Below, piece by piece: positions 49,887 through 60,675 of a DNA stretch of 64,000 nucleotides; position 1 is the first letter of the stretch; each line of letters begins with the position of its first letter. Below the pieces are notes generated by a model, which made no database searches, was not told where the DNA came from, and saw only the letters and a list, made by a program, of their open reading frames with translations. Origin of the DNA: Pseudomonadota bacterium. GTDB lineage: Bacteria > Pseudomonadota > Gammaproteobacteria > Xanthomonadales > SZUA-38. The stretch is taken from contig JBCDKA010000001.1 of the NCBI GenBank assembly GCA_038747195.1, positions 27,080-91,079 on the forward strand, written 5' to 3'. A program made the translations under genes and the position numbers.

Positions 49887-50573
49887 ATGAAGATACTGAT
49901 CATTGAAGACAATCCAGATATAGCTGCCAATATTGGTGACTATCTGGAAGACCGTGGTCATGTCGTGGACTTCGCCGGTGACGGCGTCACCGGTCTGCAC
50001 CTGGCCGTGGTCAACGAGTTTGACGCGATTGTGCTGGACCTGATGCTGCCGGGCATGGACGGGCTGGACGTTTGCCGAAAGCTTCGGGAGGAGGCGCGGA
50101 AAAACACGCCGATTCTGATGCTGACCGCGCGCGATGCTCTGGAACAGAAGCTCGAAGGATTTCAGACCGGTGCTGACGACTACATGGTCAAGCCTTTTGA
50201 GCTGCAGGAGCTCGAAGCGCGGCTTGTGGTCCTTGCCCGACGGGGCAAGGCGGTTGAGCCTCGAGTCCTGACCGTCGGAGACCTGGAATTTAATCTGGAC
50301 ACCCTGACGGTCAACCGCGCAGGCAAAGACATAAACCTCAACCCCACCGGTCTCAAGCTGCTGCAGCGGCTGATGGAGGCTTCACCGCGGGTTGTGTCCC
50401 GGCACGAACTGGAGCTGCGCGTGTGGGGCGAAGAGCTGCCGGACAGCGACAGCCTGCGCGTTCATATTCACAGCCTGAGAGCTGCCATCGACAAGCCCTT
50501 TGATGTGGCGCTGATCCAGACCCGCCACGGCATTGGCTATCGGCTGGTCCACCCCGATGCGGTTCAGACGTAA
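49887..50573 (+). CDS. OmpR-family response regulator (ColR-like)
   Basis: ILIIEDN, VLDLMLPGMDG, LTARD, GADDYMVKPF, wHTH SDSLRVHIHSLR..TRHGIGY. Confidence 0.95.
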   Translation: MKILIIEDNPDIAANIGDYLEDRGHVVDFAGDGVTGLHLAVVNEFDAIVLDLMLPGMDGLDVCRKLREEARKNTPILMLTARDALEQKLEGFQTGADDYMVKPFELQELEARLVVLARRGKAVEPRVLTVGDLEFNLDTLTVNRAGKDINLNPTGLKLLQRLMEASPRVVSRHELELRVWGEELPDSDSLRVHIHSLRAAIDKPFDVALIQTRHGIGYRLVHPDAVQT

Positions 50574-51870
50574 GCTACGCGCTCGGATCATCATCTCCTT
50601 TCTGCTGTTCGGCACGCTGCTGAGCGGCCTGTTCGCCGTGACTGCGCTGGGTATGCGCCAGTATCTAGAGAATGCGCTGATCGACGAGACGTTGGTTCGA
50701 GACCTCGACGATCAGCTCGACAAGGTGTTGAGCGGCGACAGCGGCGCGGCAGGATTTTCCTCTCGCTATTACGCCTGGATTGGACGCCGCGACCTGGCGC
50801 TTCAGGCGATGCCAGCGGCGCTGCCCGATGACTCTGATCTGAGGCAGCGGGTGATCGAACTGGTTGGCCTGCCCACGGGCATCCACGAGATGGCCACCGA
50901 GACGAGGCGCTACAAGATCGCCGTCAACAAGCGGCCGGAGGCCTGGGGCTATGTGGTTTATGACACCACGCCCGACCCGCGCGAAAACCTGCTGCTGTTT
51001 GGTTTTCTTGGGGGCGCTGCGGTCGGGTTTTCGCTGCTGATGCTGCTGCTGGCAATCTGGTCTTCTAAGCGGGTAATCCGGCCCGTTTCCGATCTAGCGC
51101 GCCGCGTTTCCACCTTGGGGCAAGACACGCATCCGGAACCGCTGGCGCCAAACTACGCTGAAGATGAGGTCGGGCAGCTCGCTCGAGGCCTGGACGAATA
51201 CGCCGAGCGTCTCACGGCGATGGTGGTGCGGGATAAAGAATTTAATGCGGACGTGAGCCACGAGCTGCGGACGCCGCTGGCGGTGATCAAAAGCGCCACC
51301 GAGCTGCTGTTGGCGCAACCCGAGGTGGATGAAAAGACGCGCACCCGCCTCAACCGAATCGAAAGGGCCGCTCGCCAGACCACCGAACTGACCGAAGCGT
51401 TACTCCACCTGGTTCGAGCAGAACGGGTGGATCGCGCCACCGGCGAATACTTCCGCGTTGATCGAATTGTCGAGGAGGTGGTCGACTTCAAGCGGGTGCA
51501 GATCGGCAGCAAGCCGGTGGAAGTCTCGATCAAGGTGGTCAACTCGTTTCTCGTTTGTGCGCCCGAGTCGGTCATCGCGGTGGCGTTGGGCAATCTGATC
51601 GGCAACGCGTTCAAATACACGCCGCAGGGGAGCGTCGACATTACCGTGGTGAACAATCAGGTGGTGGTCGAAGATACGGGCCCCGGGCTCGCCGAAGACG
51701 AGCTGCGCAAGGTTTTCACGCGCCACTATCGCGGCAGCACGGTCAAAGGAAAAGGCTCAGGGCTGGGGCTGGCGATTGTGCAGCGCTTCTGCGAACTCTA
51801 CGAATGGAGTGTCGATGTCGCCAGCCGCGACGGGGGCGGGCTCCGTGCCACGCTGTCGTTCGGCAAATGA
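50557..51870 (+). CDS. HAMP-domain sensor histidine kinase (ColS-like)
   Basis: Two TM segments, DEVGQLA, DVSHELRTPL, NLIGNAFKY, DTGPG, GSGLGLAIV. Confidence 0.95.
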   Translation: MRFRRKLRARIIISFLLFGTLLSGLFAVTALGMRQYLENALIDETLVRDLDDQLDKVLSGDSGAAGFSSRYYAWIGRRDLALQAMPAALPDDSDLRQRVIELVGLPTGIHEMATETRRYKIAVNKRPEAWGYVVYDTTPDPRENLLLFGFLGGAAVGFSLLMLLLAIWSSKRVIRPVSDLARRVSTLGQDTHPEPLAPNYAEDEVGQLARGLDEYAERLTAMVVRDKEFNADVSHELRTPLAVIKSATELLLAQPEVDEKTRTRLNRIERAARQTTELTEALLHLVRAERVDRATGEYFRVDRIVEEVVDFKRVQIGSKPVEVSIKVVNSFLVCAPESVIAVALGNLIGNAFKYTPQGSVDITVVNNQVVVEDTGPGLAEDELRKVFTRHYRGSTVKGKGSGLGLAIVQRFCELYEWSVDVASRDGGGLRATLSFGK

Positions 51871-51957
51871 TTGTGCAGCGCGTTCGGCTCACCGGGCGCC
51901 AGGCGCTCGATCTCGCGGAGGCTGACGGATGAGCCATCTAGCAGCATAATTGCGTCT

Positions 51958-53424
51958 ATGCCGAAACTCGCCGCCGCCCGAAGCGCTTTTGACGAAGCAC
52001 GTTTTGTGCAGGCCGCCGAGTCGGCGCGTGGTTTTCTTGCCCAGGATGACATCGAGCCGTCCCGCGCCGCGCAGGCGATGGCGCTGGAGGGCGCAGCGCT
52101 GGTTCAGCTTGGCCTGTACCGCGACGGGCTCGACGCACTGCGCCTCTCGATCAACCTCCACCTCGAGCACGACCAGCGGGAAAAGACGGGCTTCGCGCAT
52201 AACTACATCGGCATTGCGCACGAAGAGCTGGGGGACCTCCAGCAGGCTTATCAGAACTACGAACAGGCGCTGGCGCTCGCCAACCACACCGCAGACCGAA
52301 GCCTGCAGGCTCGCGTGCTGGCCAACATGGGTGACGCGATGGCGAGCGAGGGACGTTTCGACGATGCGTTGAAGCAACTCGAGCGGGCAGCGCGTCAGGC
52401 GGAGCAGAGCGGCGAAAACGCGATGCTCGGCTGGATCGAAGGGGCACGCGCGCGAGCGCTGGCGGCTAAAGGGGACGTCGAAGCGGCCGGCGAGTGGTTC
52501 GCCAGCGCGATCGCCCACTGCCACCAGGATAAGGAGACGCGCAGCGAAGCCGAGATTCTGCTGCACTTCAGCGACTACCTGGCGAGCCTGGGCCATCAGA
52601 CTCAGGCGCTAGAGAATCTCAACTCCGCGCTGCGCATCTTTCGTGCGGTCAACGCCCGCTCCGGCGTGGGACGGGCTCACGAAAAACTGGCCCAGCTCGC
52701 GGAAGAGATGGGCGACTTTGAGGCGGCCCTAACGCATTTTCGAGAGTACCATCAGGTCCAGACCGATATGCTCGAAGAGCTGGCGACGGCGCGTGTTCAG
52801 TCGATGGTCAATCAGCGGGACCTGGAGCGCGCCCAAATGGAGCGGGCGGTGTCACACCTGCGAAACGTCGAGCTGGCCGAGGCCCTGAAAGAGGTGGAGG
52901 CACAGAAGGCGGAGCTTGAGCGGCTGAGTATTCGCGATCCGCTAACCGGCACCTACAACCGCCGCTACCTGGATAGCTGTCTCGGTAAGGAATACAACTT
53001 TGCCGAGCGACACGGGACCGCGCTTTCGCTGGCCGTGCTCGACCTCGATCACTTTAAGCAGGTGAACGACCAGTATTCCCATACGGTGGGCGATGAGGTC
53101 CTCAAACAGCTGGTTGAGCTGCTGCTGGATCGAGTCCGGACGGAAGACGTCCTGGCTCGCTTTGGCGGCGAGGAGTTTGTGCTGGTGATGCCCGGCACCG
53201 ACGAAGCCGGTTCCGTCAGAGCTTGCGAAAAGCTGCGAGTTGCCGTCGAACGCTGCAGCTGGGAAGCGCTGGAGTCTGGCCTTAAGGTCACGATCAGTAT
53301 CGGGGTGGCTGACAACCAGGGCACCTGCGGCTGGTCGGAGATGATGTCGAAAGCCGATCGGCGTCTATATCGTGCGAAAGACGCGGGTCGCAACCAGGTT
53401 TTTCCCAGACCAGAAAATCCTTGA
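51958..53424 (+). CDS. TPR-containing diguanylate cyclase
   Basis: TPR repeats, DPLTGTYNRR, DLDHFKQVND, RTED I-site, GGEEF, AKDAGRN. Confidence 0.93.
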   Translation: MPKLAAARSAFDEARFVQAAESARGFLAQDDIEPSRAAQAMALEGAALVQLGLYRDGLDALRLSINLHLEHDQREKTGFAHNYIGIAHEELGDLQQAYQNYEQALALANHTADRSLQARVLANMGDAMASEGRFDDALKQLERAARQAEQSGENAMLGWIEGARARALAAKGDVEAAGEWFASAIAHCHQDKETRSEAEILLHFSDYLASLGHQTQALENLNSALRIFRAVNARSGVGRAHEKLAQLAEEMGDFEAALTHFREYHQVQTDMLEELATARVQSMVNQRDLERAQMERAVSHLRNVELAEALKEVEAQKAELERLSIRDPLTGTYNRRYLDSCLGKEYNFAERHGTALSLAVLDLDHFKQVNDQYSHTVGDEVLKQLVELLLDRVRTEDVLARFGGEEFVLVMPGTDEAGSVRACEKLRVAVERCSWEALESGLKVTISIGVADNQGTCGWSEMMSKADRRLYRAKDAGRNQVFPRPENP

Positions 53425-53456
53425 AGCGGCCGTCTTCACCCATTGAGTAGGAATCC

Positions 53457-54239
53457 ATGAAAACACTGACCCTGATCGCCGCGATGGACCAGGCGCGCGC
53501 CATCGGCATCGACGGGGGGCTGCCTTGGCACCTGCCGGAGGACCTCAAGCACTTTAAGGCTTCGACGGTCGGAAAAACGGTATTGATGGGGCGCCGCACG
53601 TTCGAGGAAGTGGGCAAGGCGCTTCCCCGGCGCCAGAATCTGATTTTGTCGCGGTCGATGACCGCCGCGCCGCCGGGCTGCGTGCTGGCCGCCACGCTGA
53701 CGGACGCACTGGCCATGGCGGACTCCGACGAGGTGATGGTAATCGGCGGTGGCGAGATCTATCGCGCCACGCTGCGCCGCGCTAACCGCCTGCTGATCAC
53801 CCACGTCCACACGCGGGTTGCCCGAGCGGACACCTGGTTTCCGCGAATCTCCTCGAAACGTTGGTCTGGCTGGACGATGAGTGAACAGCAGCCCGACCCC
53901 AAGCATGAACACGGCTTCTCCATCGTTGAGTATTTGCCGCGGGTTGTCGACGACAAGGTGTTGTGCCGAACGCCGGCGGTGGGCAAGAAGCCGACCCGGA
54001 TCCCCGCCTGGAAATTTGAGCTGATGCGCGACCGCATTCTGGCGGTAGTCGGGGGGCAGAAGGAGCCAATCGCGTTTAAGGCGCTGCCCGGGCTGGTGGA
54101 CCGCAAGCTCGCCAAGGCGGAGCGCGCGTCGCTCGGCTCGCTCGGGTGGCACGTCACCACGGTCAAACTCGAGCTCGAGGTGGCGGGCGAACTGCGCCGA
54201 GCGCCCGGTAGCGGCCCCCAAAGACTGACAACGGACTAG
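53457..54239 (+). CDS. folA: Dihydrofolate reductase with ~100-aa C-terminal fused domain
   Basis: LIAAM..AIG..GGLPWHLPEDLKHFK, MGRRTF, LPRRQN, VIGGGEIY, ADTWFP. The ORF continues ~100 aa beyond normal DHFR length. Confidence 0.9.
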   Translation: MKTLTLIAAMDQARAIGIDGGLPWHLPEDLKHFKASTVGKTVLMGRRTFEEVGKALPRRQNLILSRSMTAAPPGCVLAATLTDALAMADSDEVMVIGGGEIYRATLRRANRLLITHVHTRVARADTWFPRISSKRWSGWTMSEQQPDPKHEHGFSIVEYLPRVVDDKVLCRTPAVGKKPTRIPAWKFELMRDRILAVVGGQKEPIAFKALPGLVDRKLAKAERASLGSLGWHVTTVKLELEVAGELRRAPGSGPQRLTTD

Positions 54240-55030
54240 ACCTGAATGGGCTTATCGGGCTCCTTCAGCTTTACCGCGGTCAGGCGACCGCCCCACACGC
54301 ATCCGGAGTCCAGGCACACCGCCTGCGGGGTGGATAGGTATCCCAGCGTGGCCCAGTGGCCGAACAGGACTCGCCAGCGTGCTGGGCGGACGCTCGGAAG
54401 GGAAAACCACGGAAACAACCCCTCGCCCTGCGTGCCGGGCGGCCCTTTGTTGACCGAGTCGAAAGAACCGTCGCCGCTCAGGTATCGCATGCGCGTCAGA
54501 TTGGCGGTGATGGCCTTGAGGCGTTTGCTGCCCTCAAGCGTTCCGTGCCAGCCGATCTTGCCGCCGTAGCTGCGCGAGAGGTGTTTTTCCCAGCTGCGAC
54601 CTCGCAGGCCCTGTTCCACCTCGTCAGCCAGCGCTCGGGCCTTTGACACGGACCAGCCGGGATGCACCCCGGCATGGGACAGCAGGACGCTGTGTTTACG
54701 AAAGACCTTGAGCAGTTTCTGCCGCCGCAGCCAGTCGATCAGCTCCGGTGCGTCGGGCGCGTCGACTACCCGCGCCAGCTCTTTCTCCGGGCGATCGACC
54801 AGTCCTGCCGCGTGGGCGAGAAGGTGAAGGTCGTGATTGCCCAGCACCGCTCGGCAGGCGTACTGGTGCTCGACCACAAATCGCAGCACCTCCAGCGACT
54901 GGCCGCCCCGGTTTACCAGGTCTCCGGCAAACCAGAGGCGATCGCGCTGCGGGTCGAACCTGAGCCGCTTGAGGAGCCGCATCAGCGGTCCAAAGCAGCC
55001 CTGCACATCGCCAATCACGTATCGTGTCAT
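54236..55030 (-). CDS. apaH: Symmetrical bis(5'-nucleosyl)-tetraphosphatase
   Basis: [44 protein letters not shown]. Confidence 0.95.
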   Translation of the reverse strand: MTRYVIGDVQGCFGPLMRLLKRLRFDPQRDRLWFAGDLVNRGGQSLEVLRFVVEHQYACRAVLGNHDLHLLAHAAGLVDRPEKELARVVDAPDAPELIDWLRRQKLLKVFRKHSVLLSHAGVHPGWSVSKARALADEVEQGLRGRSWEKHLSRSYGGKIGWHGTLEGSKRLKAITANLTRMRYLSGDGSFDSVNKGPPGTQGEGLFPWFSLPSVRPARWRVLFGHWATLGYLSTPQAVCLDSGCVWGGRLTAVKLKEPDKPIQV

Positions 55031-55073
55031 GTCCAGTGGTAAGATTCGCGCCTTTGGATTTAGGTGTTCGGCC

Positions 55074-56789
55074 ATGCGTGCGGCACAATTTCACATCACC
55101 ACGGTCAAGGAAACTCCGGCCGATGCGGAGATCGCGAGCCATCAGCTGATGCTTCGGACCGCGATGATACGGCGTCTGACATCCGGTATCTACACGTGGA
55201 CACCGCTGGGCTTTCGCGTTCTGCGAAAGGTCGAAAACATCGTTCGCGAGGAAATGAACCGGGCCGGGGCGCTGGAGATGCTGATGCCTGCCGTGCAGCC
55301 TGCGGAACTCTGGCGAGAGTCCGGCCGCTGGGACGTGTTCGGTCCGCAGCTTCTGAAGATGGTGGACCGGGCCGAGCGAGAGTTCTGCTTCGGCCCGACG
55401 CACGAGGAAGTGATCTCCGAGTTTGCGCGCGACGAGATTCGCAGCTACAAGCAGCTGCCCGTCAATTTCTACCAGATTCAAACCAAATTTCGGGATGAGA
55501 TCAGGCCGCGCTTCGGCGTGATGCGGGCGCGCGAGTTCATCATGAAAGACGGCTATTCGTTTCATCTGGATCAGGCGTCCATGGACGAAACCTACCAGCG
55601 CATGTATGACGCCTACTCGCGGATGTGCCAGCGCATGGGGCTTGAGTATCGGGCCGTCCAGGCAGACTCCGGCGCCATCGGCGGCAGCCACTCCCACGAG
55701 TTTCAGGTGATTGCCGAATCGGGTGAAGACGCGATTGCCTACTGTCCCGACAGCGAGTACGCGGCCAACGTGGAAACCGCTGAGGCGATGCCCTCGATCA
55801 CCGAGCGGCCGCAGGCCACCGCGTCGCTGGAAAAAGTCGCCACACCAACCCAGCGCACGATCCAGGCCGTGGCCGAGCACCTGGATGTCGCCGCGGCGCA
55901 GTGTCTCAAAACGCTGGTCGTGGCCGACAGCGAGGGTGAGCTGGTCATCCTGGTGCTGCGCGGTGATCACCAGCTCAACGAGATCAAGCTCGGCAGGCTC
56001 GCGCGCTTTGCCGAAGGTTTTGCGATGGCCACCGAAGCACAAATCCAACAAGCGTTCGGCGCCGAGCCGGGTTTTCTGGGCCCGGTGGGCACGGAGCTGC
56101 CGGTCATCGCCGATCGCAGCGCCGCGCTGCTGGCGGACTTCGTCTGTGGGGCTAACGAAAACGGCTTTCACTTTGTGGGCGCCAACTGGGAGCGCGACGC
56201 GGCGATCACCGAAACGGCGGACCTGCGCAACGTGGAAGCAGGCGACCCCAGCCCCGACGGGGCCGGCACGCTGGCGATGGCCCGTGGCATCGAGGTGGGG
56301 CACATATTCCAGCTGGGGACGAAGTACTCTGAGTCGATGGGAGTCACCGTACTGGATGAACAGGGCAAAGCGCAGCATCTGCTGATGGGCTGCTACGGCA
56401 TCGGCGTTAGCCGCTTTGTCGCCGCGGCCATCGAGCAGCATCACGACGAAGCTGGCATTCGCTGGCCTTTGGCCATTGCGCCGTTTGAGCTGGCGCTGCT
56501 GCCGATGAACGCCCACAAGTCACACCGGGTGCGGGAAGCCGTTGAGCAAATCTACGCGGATCTTCAGGCGGCGGGTGTTGAGGTGGTGCTGGATGATCGA
56601 GGGCTTCGACCCGGCGTGATGTTTGCCGACTGGGAGCTGATCGGCGTACCCCATCGCCTGGTCGTCGGCGAGAAAGGCCTCGACCAGGGGCAGGTGGAAT
56701 ACCGTGCGCGGGGCGATTCGGAGAATCAGTTTCTGCCGCTAGCTACCCTGGTGACCGAAATACAGGCCCGACTTGCCCACGGCGGCTGA
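55074..56789 (+). CDS. proS: Proline--tRNA ligase
   Basis: [54 protein letters not shown]. Confidence 0.98.
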   Translation: MRAAQFHITTVKETPADAEIASHQLMLRTAMIRRLTSGIYTWTPLGFRVLRKVENIVREEMNRAGALEMLMPAVQPAELWRESGRWDVFGPQLLKMVDRAEREFCFGPTHEEVISEFARDEIRSYKQLPVNFYQIQTKFRDEIRPRFGVMRAREFIMKDGYSFHLDQASMDETYQRMYDAYSRMCQRMGLEYRAVQADSGAIGGSHSHEFQVIAESGEDAIAYCPDSEYAANVETAEAMPSITERPQATASLEKVATPTQRTIQAVAEHLDVAAAQCLKTLVVADSEGELVILVLRGDHQLNEIKLGRLARFAEGFAMATEAQIQQAFGAEPGFLGPVGTELPVIADRSAALLADFVCGANENGFHFVGANWERDAAITETADLRNVEAGDPSPDGAGTLAMARGIEVGHIFQLGTKYSESMGVTVLDEQGKAQHLLMGCYGIGVSRFVAAAIEQHHDEAGIRWPLAIAPFELALLPMNAHKSHRVREAVEQIYADLQAAGVEVVLDDRGLRPGVMFADWELIGVPHRLVVGEKGLDQGQVEYRARGDSENQFLPLATLVTEIQARLAHGG

Positions 56790-57594
56790 ACTGCTGGCCT
56801 CTGCGGGTGCTCAGGACCGTCTGAGTGCTGAAAGGCTGCTGGCCCATCGGCTGGGCCGGCCCCGCAGCTGGCTGTACGCGCACGGCGAGCAGCCGGTTCC
56901 CGCGGCAGCCGTTGACGGACTGCGGGGCGATCTGGCCAGGCTGCGACAAGGTGAACCGCTGGCTTACCTGCTCGGCAGCTGGGAGTTTTATTCGCTGCCG
57001 CTTAAGGTCACGACCGATACGCTGGTGCCACGGCCGGAAACCGAGCTGTTGGTGGAGGCGGTTCTGGATCTTACGGATTCCACCTGGGATGGCAGCCTGG
57101 TTGATCTGGGTACCGGCAGCGGCGCCATTGCGGTGGCCGTGGCGGCCCACCGACCGGCGGCAAAAATCACCGCGGTAGATATCTCCGGCTCCGCGTTGGC
57201 GGTGGCGCGCGAGAACTTGGATCGACACGGCTGTTCCCGGGTCGAGACCCTGCAGGGGTCATGGTGGGAGCCCCTCGGGGATCGTCTTTTTGACGTGGTC
57301 GTGTCCAACCCGCCGTACGTGGTCCCTGGCGACCCGCGCATGACTGCGCGCGGCGAGCCCGAGCTGGCGCTGTTGGGCGGTGCCGACGGTCTGGAGGCCT
57401 ATCGTCAGCTCGCTGAGGGCCTGCCTCGACACCTCCACCGCGGCGGCAGCCTGCTGCTGGAGCACGGCCTGGATCAGCGACAGGTATTGTCGGAACTGTT
57501 TGCGCCGGGGTTTGAGCACCTGGACACCATCGACGACCACGCCGGTCATCCGCGGGTAATTCGAGCGCTTGGCTACCGGGGGGCGGTGTCGTGA
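56773..57594 (+). CDS. prmC: Release factor glutamine methyltransferase
   Basis: [42 protein letters not shown]. Confidence 0.95.
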   Translation: MPTAAELLASAGAQDRLSAERLLAHRLGRPRSWLYAHGEQPVPAAAVDGLRGDLARLRQGEPLAYLLGSWEFYSLPLKVTTDTLVPRPETELLVEAVLDLTDSTWDGSLVDLGTGSGAIAVAVAAHRPAAKITAVDISGSALAVARENLDRHGCSRVETLQGSWWEPLGDRLFDVVVSNPPYVVPGDPRMTARGEPELALLGGADGLEAYRQLAEGLPRHLHRGGSLLLEHGLDQRQVLSELFAPGFEHLDTIDDHAGHPRVIRALGYRGAVS

Positions 57595-58853
57595 AACTGC
57601 TGGATATCCGGCGAGACGAGTGGCTGCCGGCGGCTGCATCCTTTCTTTATTTCTTTTTTATCCTGTCCAGCTACTACACCGTTCGTCCGCTCCGAGACGC
57701 TCTGGCCGTGAGCGGCGGGGTGGAATCGATGCAGTATCTGTTCACGGCAACGTTCGTCTGCATGCTCGCCATTGTGCCGCTCTACGGCTGGTTGACCAGC
57801 CGCCTGCCGCGGCGCAAGTTTTTGCCCATCGTCTACAGCTTTTTTGTGCTCAACCTGCTGCTGCTGCACTGGGCGTTTGTGGCTTTCCCGGACAGCGTCT
57901 GGCTCCCGCGGGTGTTTTTTGTGTGGGTGAGCATCTTCAACCTGTTTGTGGTGCCGGTGTTCTGGAGTTTCATGGCCGATCTGTTCGCGGCCGGGCAGGC
58001 GCGCAGGCTGTTCGGGGCCATCGCCGCCGGCGGCAGTATCGGCGCGATTGCCGGTCCCTTGCTGGTCAGTCTGCTGGTGGATCGAGTCGGAACGGCGGGG
58101 CTGCCGCTGCTGTCAGCCGCCCTGCTGGTTGCAGCGCTGGTGTGTCAGTTCTGGCTGCTCCGCTGGTCGCGCGGGCGGCCCGTGCAGGCGACCCGACCCG
58201 ACCCGGAGGAGGCGATGGGCGGCAGCATCTTTGCCGGCTTCACGCTGCCGTTTAAGTACGGCTACCTCGCAGCGTTTTGCGGGATCATGTTTCTAGGCAC
58301 CTTCTCGGGGTCTCTGCTCTATTTTGAGCAGGCTCAGGTTGTGGCCGAACGCTACGAGGGAACCGAGTCCATGACCGGCCTGTTCGCCCGGCTCGACCTG
58401 CTGGCCAATACGCTGACCATTGTGATCCAGCTGCTGTTTACCGCCGGCATAGTGCGCTGGCTGGGGCTCGGGCTGACGTTACTGCTGCTTCCCGCGCTGG
58501 CGCTGGTCGGGTTCGGCGTAATCGCCGTTACGCCCGTGCTCGGCGTGATCGCCGTGATTCAGGCGCTGCGTCGCGCGGTGCTGTTTGCGATCAACAATCC
58601 GGCCGTCGGCATGCTGTTCACCGTCGTCGGCCCGCAGTCGCGCTACAAGTTCAAGCAGTTTGCGAACACCGTGGTCTACCGGGCCGGCGACAGCACCGGC
58701 GCCTGGACCTTTACCGGCATGATGGCTTCCGGTGGTGGGCTGAGCGCCATATCGATTGTCGGCATGGTTGCGGCGTTGCTGTGGGCCGTGCTGGCCCTCT
58801 CGCTGGGGCGGCGTTATCAGGACATGCTCGATGGGAAAGTGGTTATCCCCTGA
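57591..58853 (+). CDS. MFS transporter (NTP/NDP exchange transporter-like)
   Basis: SYYTVRPLRD, FWSFMADLF..QARRLFGAI, RYKFK..TVVYRAGD. About 12 TM segments. Confidence 0.85.
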   Translation: MKLLDIRRDEWLPAAASFLYFFFILSSYYTVRPLRDALAVSGGVESMQYLFTATFVCMLAIVPLYGWLTSRLPRRKFLPIVYSFFVLNLLLLHWAFVAFPDSVWLPRVFFVWVSIFNLFVVPVFWSFMADLFAAGQARRLFGAIAAGGSIGAIAGPLLVSLLVDRVGTAGLPLLSAALLVAALVCQFWLLRWSRGRPVQATRPDPEEAMGGSIFAGFTLPFKYGYLAAFCGIMFLGTFSGSLLYFEQAQVVAERYEGTESMTGLFARLDLLANTLTIVIQLLFTAGIVRWLGLGLTLLLLPALALVGFGVIAVTPVLGVIAVIQALRRAVLFAINNPAVGMLFTVVGPQSRYKFKQFANTVVYRAGDSTGAWTFTGMMASGGGLSAISIVGMVAALLWAVLALSLGRRYQDMLDGKVVIP

Positions 58854-58897
58854 CCCCGCACAACTCGCCCCAGTGGCCGGAGCGGTTCAGCGGCTCG

Positions 58898-59692
58898 CTA
58901 CACCGCAATTGGCGCCTTGATGTGAGGATGCGGATCGTAGTGTTCTAGCGTGAAGTCCTCGAAACGGAAGGCAAAAAGATCGTCCACTTCCGGGTTCAGT
59001 GACATCGTCGGCAGGGCTCGCGGGTCACGCGTCAGCTGCTCTCGGGCCTGATCCAGGTGATTGAGGTACAGATGGGCGTCGCCCAGCGTGTGAACAAAAT
59101 CGCCTGGCTTAAGGCCGCTGACCTGGGCCACCATCATCGTCAGCAGCGCGTAAGAAGCGATGTTGAACGGCACCCCAAGAAACACGTCAGCCGAGCGCTG
59201 ATACAGCTGACACGACAGGCGACCGCCGGCGACGTAAAACTGAAAGAGCGTGTGGCAGGGCGGCAGCGCCATCTGGTCGATCTGGGCCACATTCCAGGCG
59301 CAGACGATATGGCGCCGGGAATCGGGGTTGTGGCGGATGTCGTGCAGCACCCGGGCAATCTGATCGACGTGACCGCCGCTGTAGTCCGGCCAGCTTCGCC
59401 ACTGATAGCCGTAAATGGGCCCCAGGTTGCCGTCCTCATCCGCCCATTCGTCCCAGATCGAGACCCGGTTTTCCTTGAGGTATTGGATGTTGTCCTCACC
59501 GCGCAGGAACCACAGCAGCTCGTGAATGATGGACCTGAGATGCAGTTTTTTAGTGGTCAGCAGCGGAAAACCCTGGCCGAGATCGAAACGCATCTGGTGG
59601 CCAAAAACACTGAGGGTCCCCGTGCCGGTGCGGTCCCCCCGCTGTTCGCCGTGTTCGACGATGTGAGTCAGAAGCTTGAGGTAGTTATCCAT
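58898..59692 (-). CDS. thyA: Thymidylate synthase
   Basis: [49 protein letters not shown]. Confidence 0.98.
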   Translation of the reverse strand: MDNYLKLLTHIVEHGEQRGDRTGTGTLSVFGHQMRFDLGQGFPLLTTKKLHLRSIIHELLWFLRGEDNIQYLKENRVSIWDEWADEDGNLGPIYGYQWRSWPDYSGGHVDQIARVLHDIRHNPDSRRHIVCAWNVAQIDQMALPPCHTLFQFYVAGGRLSCQLYQRSADVFLGVPFNIASYALLTMMVAQVSGLKPGDFVHTLGDAHLYLNHLDQAREQLTRDPRALPTMSLNPEVDDLFAFRFEDFTLEHYDPHPHIKAPIAV

Positions 59693-59700
59693 AGGGTGTC

Positions 59701-60552
59701 TTAGGAGTTTTTGAGTGGGCTTTGGCGGAAGGCCAGGGCCAGCATGACCACACCCACCGCGATCAGCGGCCACGACAGCAGCTGGCCCATGGTCAGCCAG
59801 CCGCCGGCCAGGAATCCGATATCCCGGTCAGGCTCACGGAACCATTCAACCGCCGAGCGAAACACGCCGTAGCCGACAAAAAACAGGCCGGTGACCGCCA
59901 GCGGAGGTCTCCGCCTGCTGGAATACACCCACACAATGGCAAACAGCACCAGCCCTTCCAGCAGCGCTTCGTAGAGCTGCGAGGGGTGACGCGCGAACGT
60001 GTTGAGATTGCCGGCGAGATACTCGGCCTTCAGCGCCTCGGGGCTGAGGGCTGGGGTGATCGACTGCGGGAAAATCATCGCCCAGGGCACGTCGCTCTGG
60101 CGTCCCCAGAGTTCGCCACCGATGAAGTTGCCGATACGGCCAAAAAGCAGCCCGGGCGCCACCATCGGAATGACAAAATCAGCGATCCGGTGGTAGGGCT
60201 TGCCCGTCTTTCTGGCAAACCAAGCGAACGCAACGCCGACGCCGATCAGGCCGCCATGAAACGACATACCGCCGTTCCAGATCTGATAAATGCGATGAGG
60301 GTCGTCCACGACCGCCCCGAGGTCGTAGAAGAGCAGGTAGCCGATGCGTCCTCCCAGCACCACGCCCAGGACGCCATAAAACAGAAAATCGCTGACTTCA
60401 GCCTCGGTCCAGTCGCTGCCAGGCTGCCGGGCCCGGTAGTTGCCCAGCAGCAAGAAGGTTAAGAACCCCAGCAGGTACATCAGGCCGTACCAGTGAACCT
60501 TGAGGGGCCCGAGCTGAATGGCAACCGGGTCAAAATCGACGAGAAACGGCAT
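59701..60552 (-). CDS. lgt: Prolipoprotein diacylglyceryl transferase
   Basis: [50 protein letters not shown]. Confidence 0.97.
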   Translation of the reverse strand: MPFLVDFDPVAIQLGPLKVHWYGLMYLLGFLTFLLLGNYRARQPGSDWTEAEVSDFLFYGVLGVVLGGRIGYLLFYDLGAVVDDPHRIYQIWNGGMSFHGGLIGVGVAFAWFARKTGKPYHRIADFVIPMVAPGLLFGRIGNFIGGELWGRQSDVPWAMIFPQSITPALSPEALKAEYLAGNLNTFARHPSQLYEALLEGLVLFAIVWVYSSRRRPPLAVTGLFFVGYGVFRSAVEWFREPDRDIGFLAGGWLTMGQLLSWPLIAVGVVMLALAFRQSPLKNS

Positions 60553-60675
60553 GGCGCGATTCTAACCGAGTTGATCACCGTCGATCGAACGTCACGACAG
60601 ATTTTCGGTCTGAAACAGACGCGACCGCCGCTATACTGGGGCGGAAGGAATTTTTGTGCAAAGGAATCAATCCTC

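Noticed and set aside
54696-56516. 606-aa minus-strand ORF and other long antisense ORFs (e.g. 11779..12735, 24295..25200, 34411..35526)
   Set aside because: Shadows of well-supported genes on the opposite strand, expected in high-GC DNA, with no recognisable motifs.
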